A stretch of 64,000 nt of DNA from an uncultured virus (IMG/VR IMGVR_UViG_3300037067_004637) (lineage: Duplodnaviria; Heunggongvirae; Uroviricota; Caudoviricetes): IMG/VR virus record IMGVR_UViG_3300037067_004637. The stretch is one strand, 5' to 3'. Positions 40,001-50,234 of the stretch are shown here, in pieces; the stretch's first letter is position 1, and every line of letters begins with the position of its first letter. The notes under the pieces are model-generated. The model was not told where the DNA came from, searched no databases, and was given only the letters and a program-made list of their open reading frames with translations. The translations under genes and the position numbers were made by a program.

Positions 40001-41992
40001 ATGGCGAATTTAATTAAAGGGAAACAAATTGGTAATCAAACAATTACAATATCTGGAAGTACTGGTAACGTTTTAGCTGCTGGTAATTTAGATATGAATG
40101 GAAATCAAGTAATTGTTAACGTAGCACCAACAACTGATTATGCTTTGGCAAACAAAGCTTATGTTGATGCAGTAGCACAAGGTGTGAGTCCTCATGCTCC
40201 TGTGGTTGTTGTTGCAACAAATAACATTACATTAAGTACACTACAAACTATTGATAGTGTTACTGTAGTTGCTGGTGATAGAGTTTTGGTTGCAGGTCAA
40301 ACTACTAAAACTGAAAATGGTTTATATACTGCTGCTGTTGGTTCTTGGACAAGAACACCAGATGCAGATGGTGATCCTGATAACGAAGTTGAAACTGGTG
40401 ACTTTGTTTTTGTAACAAGTGGTAGTACTAATGGAAATTCAGGTTGGGTTTTAGGTAAAACTGATGCAACAGGAACAACTATTAATCCAGGTGTTGATAC
40501 ACAGGAATGGTTTAAAATGGCTGCACCTGGTTCTTATGCAACTGATGGTGAAGGTATTGAATTAGTAGGTAATTCATTTAATTTAGAATTAGATGGTTCA
40601 ACATTAAGCAAATCAGGTAGTGGTTTAAAACTTAGTGATACTATTAGTACAGCTATTTCAAGTAATACTGCTGGTGTTAGTGCTTTATCATCTTCTCTTT
40701 CAACTGAAATTTCATCAAGAACATCTGCTGATACAGTTCTTTCAACAACTATATCAACAGAAGCTTCAACAAGGGGTAGTGTTGATTCAGTTTTATCAAC
40801 AGCTATTTCAACAGAGGCTTCAACAAGAGATGCTGCTGATGTATCATTAGCAACACAAATTAGTAATGGTTTAACAGGTGTTACATCATTATCAACAGCT
40901 ATTGTTAATGAAACATCTTCAAGAACAAGTGCAGATACAGTTCTTTCAACAGCTATTTCAACAGAAGCATCTACAAGAGGTAGTGTTGATTCAGTTCTTT
41001 CAACTTCAATTTCAACAGAATCATCTGTTAGAGAGAGTGTTGACTCAGTTCTTTCAACAGCTATATCAACAGAAGCTTCAACAAGAGGAAGTGTAGATTC
41101 AGTTCTTTCAACAGCTATTTCAACAGAAGCTTCAACAAGAAGTTCGGCTGATGCATCATTAGCTACTCAAATTAGTAATGGTTTAACAGGTGTTACATCA
41201 TTATCTACTGCTATTGTTAACGAAACATCTTCAAGAATATCTGCTGATGCGGTTTTATCAACTTCAATTTCAACAGAAGCATCTATTAGAGAAAGTGTTG
41301 ATTCGGTATTATCAACTGCTGTTTCAACAGAAGCTTCAACAAGAGGAAGTGTAGATTCAGTCCTTTCAACTTCAATTTCAACAGAAGCTTCTATAAGAGG
41401 TTCTGCTGACACATCACTTTCAACAGCTATTAGTTCATCTGTTTCAGGTGTTGATAGTTTATCAACAGCTATTGTTAACGAAGCATCTACAAGAGGTAGT
41501 GTTGATTCAGTTCTTTCAACTTCAATTTCAACAGAAGCATCTACAAGAGGTAGTGTTGATTCTGTATTATCGACAGCTATATCAACAGAAGCTTCAACAA
41601 GAGGTAGTGTTGATTCTGTATTATCGACAGCTATATCAACTGAAGCTTCAATTAGAACTGCTGCTGATACATCATTAGCAACTGCTATTGATGGTATTGT
41701 AATGGAAGTTTATCATGAAACATATGCTCCTGCAAACTCTGGTGCAACAACTGCTGTTGTAGTAGCAAGTGGTGCATTTGCTTTCTTAAATGCAACTATT
41801 GATACTGATTCTGTTTCAATTCACTTAAACGGTATTCAATATTCATATGGTACAGCACAAGGTACACCAGTGTTCTACACATCTGGCACACCTAGTGGTG
41901 CTGGTTCAACATTATATTTTGATGGTGTTGCTGCTGGTTTTGCTATTGAAACTGACGATGTTGTTGATATTAAATTTACTGTAAAAGGTTAA
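40001..41992 (+). CDS. Fibre protein: GKQ module, GDRVLV domain, 18-aa Ser/Thr repeats, shared C-terminal module
   Basis: MANLIKGKQI, LANKAYVD, GDRVLVAGQ..ENGLY, repeated STAISTEASTRGSVDSVL. Confidence 0.85.
   Translation: MANLIKGKQIGNQTITISGSTGNVLAAGNLDMNGNQVIVNVAPTTDYALANKAYVDAVAQGVSPHAPVVVVATNNITLSTLQTIDSVTVVAGDRVLVAGQTTKTENGLYTAAVGSWTRTPDADGDPDNEVETGDFVFVTSGSTNGNSGWVLGKTDATGTTINPGVDTQEWFKMAAPGSYATDGEGIELVGNSFNLELDGSTLSKSGSGLKLSDTISTAISSNTAGVSALSSSLSTEISSRTSADTVLSTTISTEASTRGSVDSVLSTAISTEASTRDAADVSLATQISNGLTGVTSLSTAIVNETSSRTSADTVLSTAISTEASTRGSVDSVLSTSISTESSVRESVDSVLSTAISTEASTRGSVDSVLSTAISTEASTRSSADASLATQISNGLTGVTSLSTAIVNETSSRISADAVLSTSISTEASIRESVDSVLSTAVSTEASTRGSVDSVLSTSISTEASIRGSADTSLSTAISSSVSGVDSLSTAIVNEASTRGSVDSVLSTSISTEASTRGSVDSVLSTAISTEASTRGSVDSVLSTAISTEASIRTAADTSLATAIDGIVMEVYHETYAPANSGATTAVVVASGAFAFLNATIDTDSVSIHLNGIQYSYGTAQGTPVFYTSGTPSGAGSTLYFDGVAAGFAIETDDVVDIKFTVKG
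40690..41690 (+). repeat. 54-nt (18-aa) coding tandem repeat array
   Basis: Recurrent tcaacagctatttcaacagaagcttcaacaagagg..gttgattcagt, with a longer SLATQISNGLTGVTSLSTAIVNETSSR insert present twice. Confidence 0.9.
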
Positions 41993-42014
41993 TAAATTAA
42001 TATAACATAAAAAT

Positions 42015-42046
42015 AAAAAATCCTCTAAGAAATTAGGGGATTTTTT
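42015..42046 (+). terminator. Intrinsic terminator
   Basis: AAAAAATCCTCTAA-GAAA-TTAGGGGATTTTTT. Confidence 0.85.
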
Positions 42047-42100
42047 ATTTAAACAAACCCATCATTTTTGAATATATAATTAAAAATATATTTTTAATTT

Positions 42101-43231
42101 ATGAATTCAAAATTAAATGTTGGTATAACAATTTGTTTACAAGAAGAAAATGAAAGTGTTTTTATAAATGGTATTAAACAAAACGCTATATTTTTTGCTA
42201 AAACATTAATGAATAGTTCTAAAAATTATAATGTTTATATAGTTAATACAAGTAACATTAAAATTACAAAAAATTTAGGTTGGGATATAGAAAAATATAA
42301 AACTGTACAATTAAATGATATTGCAGATAAATTAGATATATTATTTCCATTAGGTGGTTCAATAAATAAAGAAACAACGGAATATTTAAGAAAAAGAGGT
42401 TGTAAAGTAGTTCCATATAAATGTGGAAATGAATATATTATAAGTATGGAAAATATTATTTTTAATAGGTCAAATAATCCAGTAGATTATCCAGAAGTTG
42501 ATCAAGTTTGGAATATACCCCAAATGGAAAATACTAATCATTATTATTGGAATATTTTACATAGAGCAGAAACAATAACAATTCCTTTTGTTTGGAATCC
42601 TATGTTTTTAGAACAACACGTTCAAGAATTAAAATTACAAGGTAAAAATCCATATTATCAACCAAAAAAAACTAGTAAAAAAATATCAATATTTGAACCA
42701 AATATTAATGTATATAAATTTTTAATGTATCCATTATTAATAGCTGAAAGTGTTTATAGAGAAAATCCAAGTTTAATAGATTCAATTAAAGTTACAAATA
42801 CACAAAAAGTGAGATTTCATAAAGAATTAATTTCTATTATGAACCATTTAGATATCGTTAAAGATAAAAAAACAACATTTGAAGATAGATTTCCTATTGC
42901 TTGGTTTTTAACTGAACATACTGATGTTGTTATAGCACATCAATGGGAAAATGCTTTAAATTATGCTTATTTGGATGCTATTTACTTAAATTATCCCTTA
43001 GTTCATAATGCACATTTATGTAAAGAATGTGGTTATTATTATGAAGGATTTAATGTTGATGAAGGTAAAGAAAAATTATTATATGTTTTAACAGAACATG
43101 ATAAACATTTAGATGAATATAATGAAAATAGTAAAATTATATTAGATAAATTTTCAACTGATAATGAAAATGTTGTTTCTACATATGATAAATTAATTGA
43201 AAATTTAATAGTAAAAAATAATAGATATTAA
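42101..43231 (+). CDS. DUF2827-like putative glycosyltransferase
   Basis: NGIKQNA, FEPNINVYK, AHQWENALNYAYLDA..LNYPLVHN. Confidence 0.75.
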   Translation: MNSKLNVGITICLQEENESVFINGIKQNAIFFAKTLMNSSKNYNVYIVNTSNIKITKNLGWDIEKYKTVQLNDIADKLDILFPLGGSINKETTEYLRKRGCKVVPYKCGNEYIISMENIIFNRSNNPVDYPEVDQVWNIPQMENTNHYYWNILHRAETITIPFVWNPMFLEQHVQELKLQGKNPYYQPKKTSKKISIFEPNINVYKFLMYPLLIAESVYRENPSLIDSIKVTNTQKVRFHKELISIMNHLDIVKDKKTTFEDRFPIAWFLTEHTDVVIAHQWENALNYAYLDAIYLNYPLVHNAHLCKECGYYYEGFNVDEGKEKLLYVLTEHDKHLDEYNENSKIILDKFSTDNENVVSTYDKLIENLIVKNNRY

Positions 43232-44382
43232 TGAAAAAACTAAATATAGGTATAACAATTCAATTAGAACAAGAAAATCATTCTGTTTGGACAAATGGTA
43301 TAATTCAAAATGCTATTAATTTAGCACATACACTTATGAATAGTTCAAATGATTATAATGTTTTTATATGTAATGTTAAAAATATAAACATCATACCAAT
43401 TACTAATGTTTTAGAATGGGATATTGAAAAATATAAAACTGTTCAATTTGATGATGTGAAAAATGATTTAGATGTTTTGTTTGTATTAGGATCACAAATA
43501 AGAAATGAAGATGGTGATATGTTACACAATAAAGGATGCAAAATAATACATTATAATTGTGGTAGTCATTATATAGTTGATATGGAAAATGTTTTATATA
43601 AAAGTGGTGAAGGTGTTTGGCCTTATGAAAGTTATATAGATGAAGTTTGGATTATACCACAAAATGAAAAAACTAATTATTATTATTTTGAAACATTAAA
43701 TAGGAAAACTGTTAGAATTGTTCCTTTTGTTTGGAGTTCTTTGTTTATAGACAGATTAGGAAATCAATTATCAAACGGTGGTTTTTATGAACCAACCACT
43801 GAACCTAAAAGAATATCATGTTTTGAACCTAATATTGATGTTATTAAATTTTGTATGTATGATATATTAGGTGTTGAAAGAGTTTATAGAAAAAGACCTG
43901 ATTTAATAAAGCATTTTTATGTGACAAATAGTTTAATATTAAAAGAAAAACCTAAATTTATTTCTATAATGAATAAATTAGATATAATAAAAGATAAAAA
44001 AGCTACTTTTGAAGCAAGATATATAACACCATTCTTTTTGAGTAAATATACCGATGTTGTTATAGCACATCAATGGGAAAATCCACTAAATTATGCTTAT
44101 TTAGATGCAGTTTATATGAGATATCCTTTAGTTCATAATGCACATTTATGTAAAGACTGTGGATATTATTACGAAGGTTTTAATATGGATGAAGCAGAAA
44201 CTCAATTATTATATGCTTTAGAACATCATGATGAACATTTAGATGAATATAATGAAAAAAATAGAAAAGTTTTAGAAAGATTTTCTGTTAATAATCAACA
44301 CACAGTTGAAACATATGATATTTTAATTGATAATTTATTCAATAAAAATAGTAATGTAAAAAATAAATATTATAATATATAA
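43231..44382 (+). CDS. DUF2827-like putative glycosyltransferase
   Basis: WTNGIIQNA, FEPNIDVIK, AHQWENPLNY. Confidence 0.75.
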   Translation: MKKLNIGITIQLEQENHSVWTNGIIQNAINLAHTLMNSSNDYNVFICNVKNINIIPITNVLEWDIEKYKTVQFDDVKNDLDVLFVLGSQIRNEDGDMLHNKGCKIIHYNCGSHYIVDMENVLYKSGEGVWPYESYIDEVWIIPQNEKTNYYYFETLNRKTVRIVPFVWSSLFIDRLGNQLSNGGFYEPTTEPKRISCFEPNIDVIKFCMYDILGVERVYRKRPDLIKHFYVTNSLILKEKPKFISIMNKLDIIKDKKATFEARYITPFFLSKYTDVVIAHQWENPLNYAYLDAVYMRYPLVHNAHLCKDCGYYYEGFNMDEAETQLLYALEHHDEHLDEYNEKNRKVLERFSVNNQHTVETYDILIDNLFNKNSNVKNKYYNI

Positions 44383-45209
44383 TGGAAAGTGGTATATCAA
44401 TAGTTATGGCTTATTATAATAGAAAAGAACAATTAAATAGAACTTTACAATCTATTAAAAAATCTTTATTTGATAAGAAAAAATTAGAAATAATTATAGT
44501 TAATGATTGTAGTTTGGATGAACATAACATAGATGATTTTATAAAAAAATATAAAAGTTTAAATATTAAAATAATTAATATTAAAAAAGAAGAAAAAATT
44601 TGGTTTAATTCTTCTATACCATATAACATAGGATTAAATAATGTAAAATATGATAAAATTTTAATACAAAATCCAGAATCTTATCATGTTGGTGACATTT
44701 TAACAGATTTAAACGAAAGATTAACAAAATATTCTTATATAAATTATGCTTGTTATTCTATTAGTAAGAAAGAATATAATGAAAATAATTATGATAAAAT
44801 AAATTATTTAAATGAAAAAAATAAATTTATTTGTGAATCTGGTTGGTATAATCATTTTAATATAAATCCAACTTGTTATCATTATGCATCAGCTATATTT
44901 ACAGAAAATATTTTTAAATTAAATGGGTTTGATGAAATATATAAAGATGGTATAGGTTGGGATGATAATGAATTATTATTTAGAATAAAAAGATTAGGTT
45001 TAAATATTAAATTAACAAATAAACCTTTTGTATTACATCAATGGCATGAAAGTAATTTTCATTATAATGATTTATCACCAAAAGAAGAAATAGAAGAAAA
45101 AAATAATTTGTTTTATAAAAATAGAGATTTATTTATTAATCACACAATTAAAAAAAATATTTATAAAGCAGAAAATAATATATACTATAACAAAACTAAT
45201 TTTAAATAA
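44382..45209 (+). CDS. Glycosyltransferase family 2
   Basis: ISIVMAYYNR, IIVNDCS, GFDE.Y..GIGWDD. Confidence 0.85.
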   Translation: MESGISIVMAYYNRKEQLNRTLQSIKKSLFDKKKLEIIIVNDCSLDEHNIDDFIKKYKSLNIKIINIKKEEKIWFNSSIPYNIGLNNVKYDKILIQNPESYHVGDILTDLNERLTKYSYINYACYSISKKEYNENNYDKINYLNEKNKFICESGWYNHFNINPTCYHYASAIFTENIFKLNGFDEIYKDGIGWDDNELLFRIKRLGLNIKLTNKPFVLHQWHESNFHYNDLSPKEEIEEKNNLFYKNRDLFINHTIKKNIYKAENNIYYNKTNFK

Positions 45210-46213
45210 TGTTTAGCAGAGAAATAACAACAATATTAGGTTTTAATGGAATAGACCCATCTAAAGTAGAAAAGATTATAGGTAAAGATGATGATAATTA
45301 TTTTAGAGTTATGGTAGGTGGAAGAATATATCGTTTAATGTATACTAACATACAATATCCAACTAAATTATCAAAAATTGTTTCTGAAAATGATTTTAAA
45401 ATAAAAAAAGAAGATTTAACAGTAGATATTAATTACGATTTAATTTCTAAAGATATGAAAATAACTTATATCATATCTTATAGAGAAAATGATGGTTATA
45501 GAAAAAGAAATTTAGAAGCTGTATTAAATTATATATCTAAAATTGAAATAAAAAATTTTGAAATACTTTTAATTGAACAAGATGTTACAGAAAAATTCGA
45601 TTGTAGTAAATTTCCTAAAGTTAAAAAAATATTTTTATATAATCCAAATGTTTTTAATAAAGGATGGGGGTATAATGTTGGTGCTTTAAATGCAAAAGGT
45701 AATTATTTAATATTTGGTGATTCTGATATAATTTTACCATATATATATTTTATTAGTTCATTAAATATGTTTAAAGATTATGATGTAATAGACCCATATT
45801 CAAAAGTTATTTATTATAATGATTATATTACACAATATATGGTAAATAATAATTTTAAAATGCATAATCCAACATCAGATAAGGAGATTTTATCATATGT
45901 TATTTCTGGAGGTATGTTTATGATTAGAAAAAAAAGATTTTTAGATATATTAGGTTTTGATGAAGATTGTTATGGGTATGGACATGAAGATGATATTTTT
46001 GATAATAAATTAAAAATTATGGAATATAAAATTATAAAAATGAGTACTCAGTTTTGTTATCATTTATATCATCCACAATCAAATTCTATATATTATAATA
46101 ATGTTATTAATAATAATAAATTATTTTTGGAATATAGAAATTATAATAAAACTGATTTATTGAAAAAAATTAAATCAACTAAAAGTGTTGGTGATATAAA
46201 AAAATATATTTAA
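45209..46213 (+). CDS. GT2/GT7-like glycosyltransferase
   Basis: IEQD, FNKGWGYNVG, DSD, GFDEDCYGYGHEDD. Confidence 0.85.
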   Translation: MFSREITTILGFNGIDPSKVEKIIGKDDDNYFRVMVGGRIYRLMYTNIQYPTKLSKIVSENDFKIKKEDLTVDINYDLISKDMKITYIISYRENDGYRKRNLEAVLNYISKIEIKNFEILLIEQDVTEKFDCSKFPKVKKIFLYNPNVFNKGWGYNVGALNAKGNYLIFGDSDIILPYIYFISSLNMFKDYDVIDPYSKVIYYNDYITQYMVNNNFKMHNPTSDKEILSYVISGGMFMIRKKRFLDILGFDEDCYGYGHEDDIFDNKLKIMEYKIIKMSTQFCYHLYHPQSNSIYYNNVINNNKLFLEYRNYNKTDLLKKIKSTKSVGDIKKYI

Positions 46214-46216
46214 AAA

Positions 46217-47263
46217 ATGAAAGAATATAAAGAAAATAAAATTTTTGTAACTGGTGTTTCTGGATCAGGAAAAACCACTTTTTGTAAAAAATATATTGAT
46301 AATTTTGATAAATTATATATTAGTTTTGAAGATAATTGGGGTGGTTATATTAAAAAAATAGATAATCAAGATGGTAAATTTATAAATAAGTTACCAAATA
46401 GTTTTATTGTTGATGCTATACCATATAATCCTAATGGATATCCTCAAAATTTTTTAGATTATTGTGAAAAAAATAAAAATGATGTTAAAATAATTTGTAT
46501 AGCATGTACTGATAAAATATCATTTGAAAAAAGATTAGAAGAGAAATTTTATAACGATGTAGTACAAGCTCTCATTGAATATCATGGTTTTTATTTTGGA
46601 ACTATGTTGGAATTATATTCAAATTTAAATGTTGATTATTATGATTCTTATACAGATGAATTTATTTCATCAGATGAGTTTTATAATAGATTAAAATGGA
46701 TAACTGATGGTAATTCTAATAAAATTAATACAGATTTAATTAAAAAATATTTTTTCACTTATTTAGATAATTTAAAATATGATAAAAAATATCAGGATAT
46801 AGATTGTGTTAATTTTAAAGGTTATACATCATCATATAAAACATGGGAAAATATTAAAGATTTGGTAGATTGGAAAGATAAAAAAGTTGTGGATTTAGGT
46901 TGTTTTCATGGTTATTTTACATTTAATGTAGCAAAATCTGGTGGTATAGCAACAGGTTATGATATAAATCCTGATGTTTTAAGAACAACAAGTTATATAA
47001 ATATAATAGAAGGTGATATTATAAAAACAAAAAGATGGTGTGCTGGTGATTTAGTATCAAATGAATTTGATATTACATTATGTTTAAATGTTTTACATTA
47101 TTTTCCAGATATTGATATGGGATTACAAAATATTAAATCAGAATATGTACTTTTTGAAATAAATAATAATTTAGAAGAAAATGTTATAAAATTTTTTGAT
47201 ATAATTAAACGAGTAGATTCACATAGAGAAGGAAGAACTATAATATTAACAAAAAGAAAATAA
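46217..47263 (+). CDS. P-loop kinase-like domain fused to a class I SAM methyltransferase
   Basis: GVSGSGKT at the N-terminus; VVDLGCFHGYF, GYD, CLNVLHY in the C-terminal half. Confidence 0.75.
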   Translation: MKEYKENKIFVTGVSGSGKTTFCKKYIDNFDKLYISFEDNWGGYIKKIDNQDGKFINKLPNSFIVDAIPYNPNGYPQNFLDYCEKNKNDVKIICIACTDKISFEKRLEEKFYNDVVQALIEYHGFYFGTMLELYSNLNVDYYDSYTDEFISSDEFYNRLKWITDGNSNKINTDLIKKYFFTYLDNLKYDKKYQDIDCVNFKGYTSSYKTWENIKDLVDWKDKKVVDLGCFHGYFTFNVAKSGGIATGYDINPDVLRTTSYINIIEGDIIKTKRWCAGDLVSNEFDITLCLNVLHYFPDIDMGLQNIKSEYVLFEINNNLEENVIKFFDIIKRVDSHREGRTIILTKRK

Positions 47264-47326
47264 ACAAATTTTTATTTTTTAACTATAATTATTATTAAAT
47301 ATTAAATTAAAAATAAATTATTTCTT

Positions 47327-47833
47327 ATGCATGTTTCTGAACAAAGATTAACTGAATCATTAAATGTTGGTAATGAAGCCGAAATACATTTCAAAAATAT
47401 TATTGTTTCAAATGGATTTAAATGGAAAAAATCTAATACATACGAAAATAAAAATCTTCATTTTGATTGTAGAATAAAAGATGAAAAAGGTGTAATATAT
47501 AAAGTTGAAGTTAAAGCCCAAAAAAAGATAAATTCAACTGATGAATTCACATCACCAAATGATATTTGGTTAGAATTAACTGGTATTGAAGGTTATAAAG
47601 GTTGGATTTATGGTGAAGCTGATTTATTATCATTTGATATAGCTAATAATGAATTTATTTTAGTAAAAAGAGAAGATATTGTAAAATTTATAGAAAAAAA
47701 GATTCTTGAAAACGGTTATAAAACAGGTAAAAAACATTATGAAATTTATAATAGGCCAGGTAGAAAAGATAAACTAGTTCTTTCTAAATTAGAAGATATA
47801 AAAAATGAAATGATTTATAGAATAGTAAAATGA
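47327..47833 (+). CDS. PD-(D/E)xK nuclease-like protein
   Basis: GNEAE..F, HFD, VEVKAQK, IWLE, GWIYGEAD. Confidence 0.65.
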   Translation: MHVSEQRLTESLNVGNEAEIHFKNIIVSNGFKWKKSNTYENKNLHFDCRIKDEKGVIYKVEVKAQKKINSTDEFTSPNDIWLELTGIEGYKGWIYGEADLLSFDIANNEFILVKREDIVKFIEKKILENGYKTGKKHYEIYNRPGRKDKLVLSKLEDIKNEMIYRIVK

Positions 47834-48627
47834 AAATATCAATAGTTACAGCATATTATAATAGAAGATATTTATTTTATAATACATTAAAATCAATAGA
47901 AAAATCATCATTAAAAGATGAAGTTGAAATTATTGTAGTTGATGATGCTTCAGTGAAAATGGAACAAATTGATGATTTTAAAGATAAATTTAATTTAAAT
48001 TTAAAAATTATTAAAATAGATAAAAAAGATAAATGGTGGATTAATCCATGTATACCTTTTAATATTGGTTTTAAAGAAGCAAGTGGCGATGTAATAATAT
48101 TACAAAATCCAGAGTGTTTACATAATGGTGACATTATAAAAACAGTTAAAGATAATATTCAAAAAAATGTTTATTTAAATTTTGCTTGTTATTCTGTTGA
48201 TGAAAAAGTTACAAGTAAAATAAATAATTTAACATATAATGATAAATATTTTGAAAATGTTAATAATATATTACAACCTATTACAAATAGAGGTATAGTT
48301 CGTGATGGTGAATGTGCTTGGTATAATCATCCAACACATAGAAATTTAAATTTACATTTTTGTTCAGCTATAATGAAAGAAGATTTAAATGATTTGGGTG
48401 GTTTTGATGAAAGATATGCTCATGGTATAGGTTGGGATGATAATGAATTTATACATAGAATAAGACTTAAAAAAATGAATATAAATCCTATATTAAATCC
48501 ATTTGTTATACATCAGTTTCATGGTGTAACAAATTATTCTGCAAAACAAAATGAATTTATGAAGAATTTAAATTTATATAAAAATTATACTACAACACAA
48601 AATAATTATAAAGTGAATGTTAAATAA
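47830..48627 (+). CDS. Glycosyltransferase family 2
   Basis: ISIVTAYYNR, VVDDAS, QNPE, GGFDERYAHGIGWDD. Confidence 0.85.
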   Translation: MKISIVTAYYNRRYLFYNTLKSIEKSSLKDEVEIIVVDDASVKMEQIDDFKDKFNLNLKIIKIDKKDKWWINPCIPFNIGFKEASGDVIILQNPECLHNGDIIKTVKDNIQKNVYLNFACYSVDEKVTSKINNLTYNDKYFENVNNILQPITNRGIVRDGECAWYNHPTHRNLNLHFCSAIMKEDLNDLGGFDERYAHGIGWDDNEFIHRIRLKKMNINPILNPFVIHQFHGVTNYSAKQNEFMKNLNLYKNYTTTQNNYKVNVK

Positions 48628-49489
48628 TAATATACCAAAAAGAATATTTTTTTATTGGGGTGGTGAAAATATGTCATGGATGAGATATATGACATTATAT
48701 TCATTTAGAAAAATGAATCCAGAATGGGAAATGATTTTATACATCTCAAAAATGGATATAAAAGATAAAATGTGGAAAGGTTCAGAAGAACAAGATTTTT
48801 CAAATTATATTGGCGATAATTATTTTTCAAAAATTAAAGATTTAAATATAAAAATAAAGATAGTTAATTTACCAAATAATATTAAGAAAAATGTTAAAAT
48901 AATTTCACCTGTTCATGAAAGTGATTTATTTAGATATTATGAATTAAATAAAAATGGTGGTTTTTATTCTGATATGGACATATTATTTTTTAAACCAATG
49001 GATGAATTATATAATGATATCATAAATCATAATACTGATGTTTTGTTATATCAAGGTGTAAGTTATGTTGCAATTGGATTTTTAGGTGCTAAGAAAAAAA
49101 ATCAATATTTTTTAGATTTATTAAATTATTCTAAAATTGCAAATCATCATGATGATTATCAATCATATGGTGTTGATTTAATGTATAAAATGTTTAATCA
49201 AAATAGAAACAATCCTATTATTATAAATAGTATGAAAACATTTTATAAAAATATGAATTTTTATAATTTATCAAAGGATAATTTTTATTATTATGATTGG
49301 TTAAGAATATATGATAATTATCATAATCCTTTTGGTATTGATACATTTCCAAAAAATGCAATAGGTTATCACTGGTATGGTGGAAGTCCAATTTCACAAA
49401 AATATAATAATTTATTAAATGAAAATAATTATAAAGATTATAGAATAACATTTTCTGAAGTAGCTGATTATATTTTAAAAATAAATTAA
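48617..49489 (+). CDS. GT32-like (DXD) glycosyltransferase
   Basis: IPKRIFFYWGG, SDLFRY..L..NGGFYSDMD. Confidence 0.8.
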   Translation: MLNNNIPKRIFFYWGGENMSWMRYMTLYSFRKMNPEWEMILYISKMDIKDKMWKGSEEQDFSNYIGDNYFSKIKDLNIKIKIVNLPNNIKKNVKIISPVHESDLFRYYELNKNGGFYSDMDILFFKPMDELYNDIINHNTDVLLYQGVSYVAIGFLGAKKKNQYFLDLLNYSKIANHHDDYQSYGVDLMYKMFNQNRNNPIIINSMKTFYKNMNFYNLSKDNFYYYDWLRIYDNYHNPFGIDTFPKNAIGYHWYGGSPISQKYNNLLNENNYKDYRITFSEVADYILKIN

Positions 49490-49493
49490 TAAT

Positions 49494-50234
49494 ATGATAA
49501 ATAATAAATTTGTAGTTGTTGTACCTGTTTATAATTCTGAATTATATATTCAAAAATGTTTAGAATCAATTTTAAATCAAAATTATAATAATTACGAATT
49601 AGTTGTTGTAGATGATTGTTCAACAGATAATACATATAATATTATAAATGAAATTCATAAAAAATACAATTTCAATTTTAATATTTGTAAAAATAATATT
49701 AGACGAAGTTCACCTTTAGCTAATTTCTCAAAAGGTATAGAATTATTTTCAAGAAATAAAGAAGATATTATAGTAACTGTTGATGGTGATGATTGGTTAT
49801 ATGATAATAATGTATTAGAATATTTAAATACTATTTATCAAGATGAAAATATTTATATGACATATGGTCAGTATGAACCAGCCAGTAAAACATATAGTAA
49901 TTATTGCAAACAAATATTAGATTTTAAAACATATAGAAAAAGTGACAAATGGTTAGCAAGTCATTTAAGAACTTTTAAAAAGAAAGTGTGGTCTTTAATT
50001 AAAGAAGAAGATTTAAAAGATGTTGATGGTGATTTTTATAAAATTGGAAGTGATACAGCTTGGATGTATCCTTTATTAGAAATGTGTGGAAATAAACATA
50101 CGAAATTTATAGATAAGATTTTATATGTTTATAATGATTTAAACCCTTCTAATGATATGAAAATACATTTAAATGAACAATTAAGAGTTATAAATATTAT
50201 TAAAAATAAAAAAGAATATGACGAATTATGTTAG
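49494..50234 (+). CDS. Glycosyltransferase family 2
   Basis: VPVYN, VVDDCSTD, VDGDDW. Confidence 0.9.
   Translation: MINNKFVVVVPVYNSELYIQKCLESILNQNYNNYELVVVDDCSTDNTYNIINEIHKKYNFNFNICKNNIRRSSPLANFSKGIELFSRNKEDIIVTVDGDDWLYDNNVLEYLNTIYQDENIYMTYGQYEPASKTYSNYCKQILDFKTYRKSDKWLASHLRTFKKKVWSLIKEEDLKDVDGDFYKIGSDTAWMYPLLEMCGNKHTKFIDKILYVYNDLNPSNDMKIHLNEQLRVINIIKNKKEYDELC

Noticed and set aside
40690..41690. Regular repeats as a possible CRISPR array
   Set aside because: In-frame coding repeats with synonymous variation and no unique spacers.
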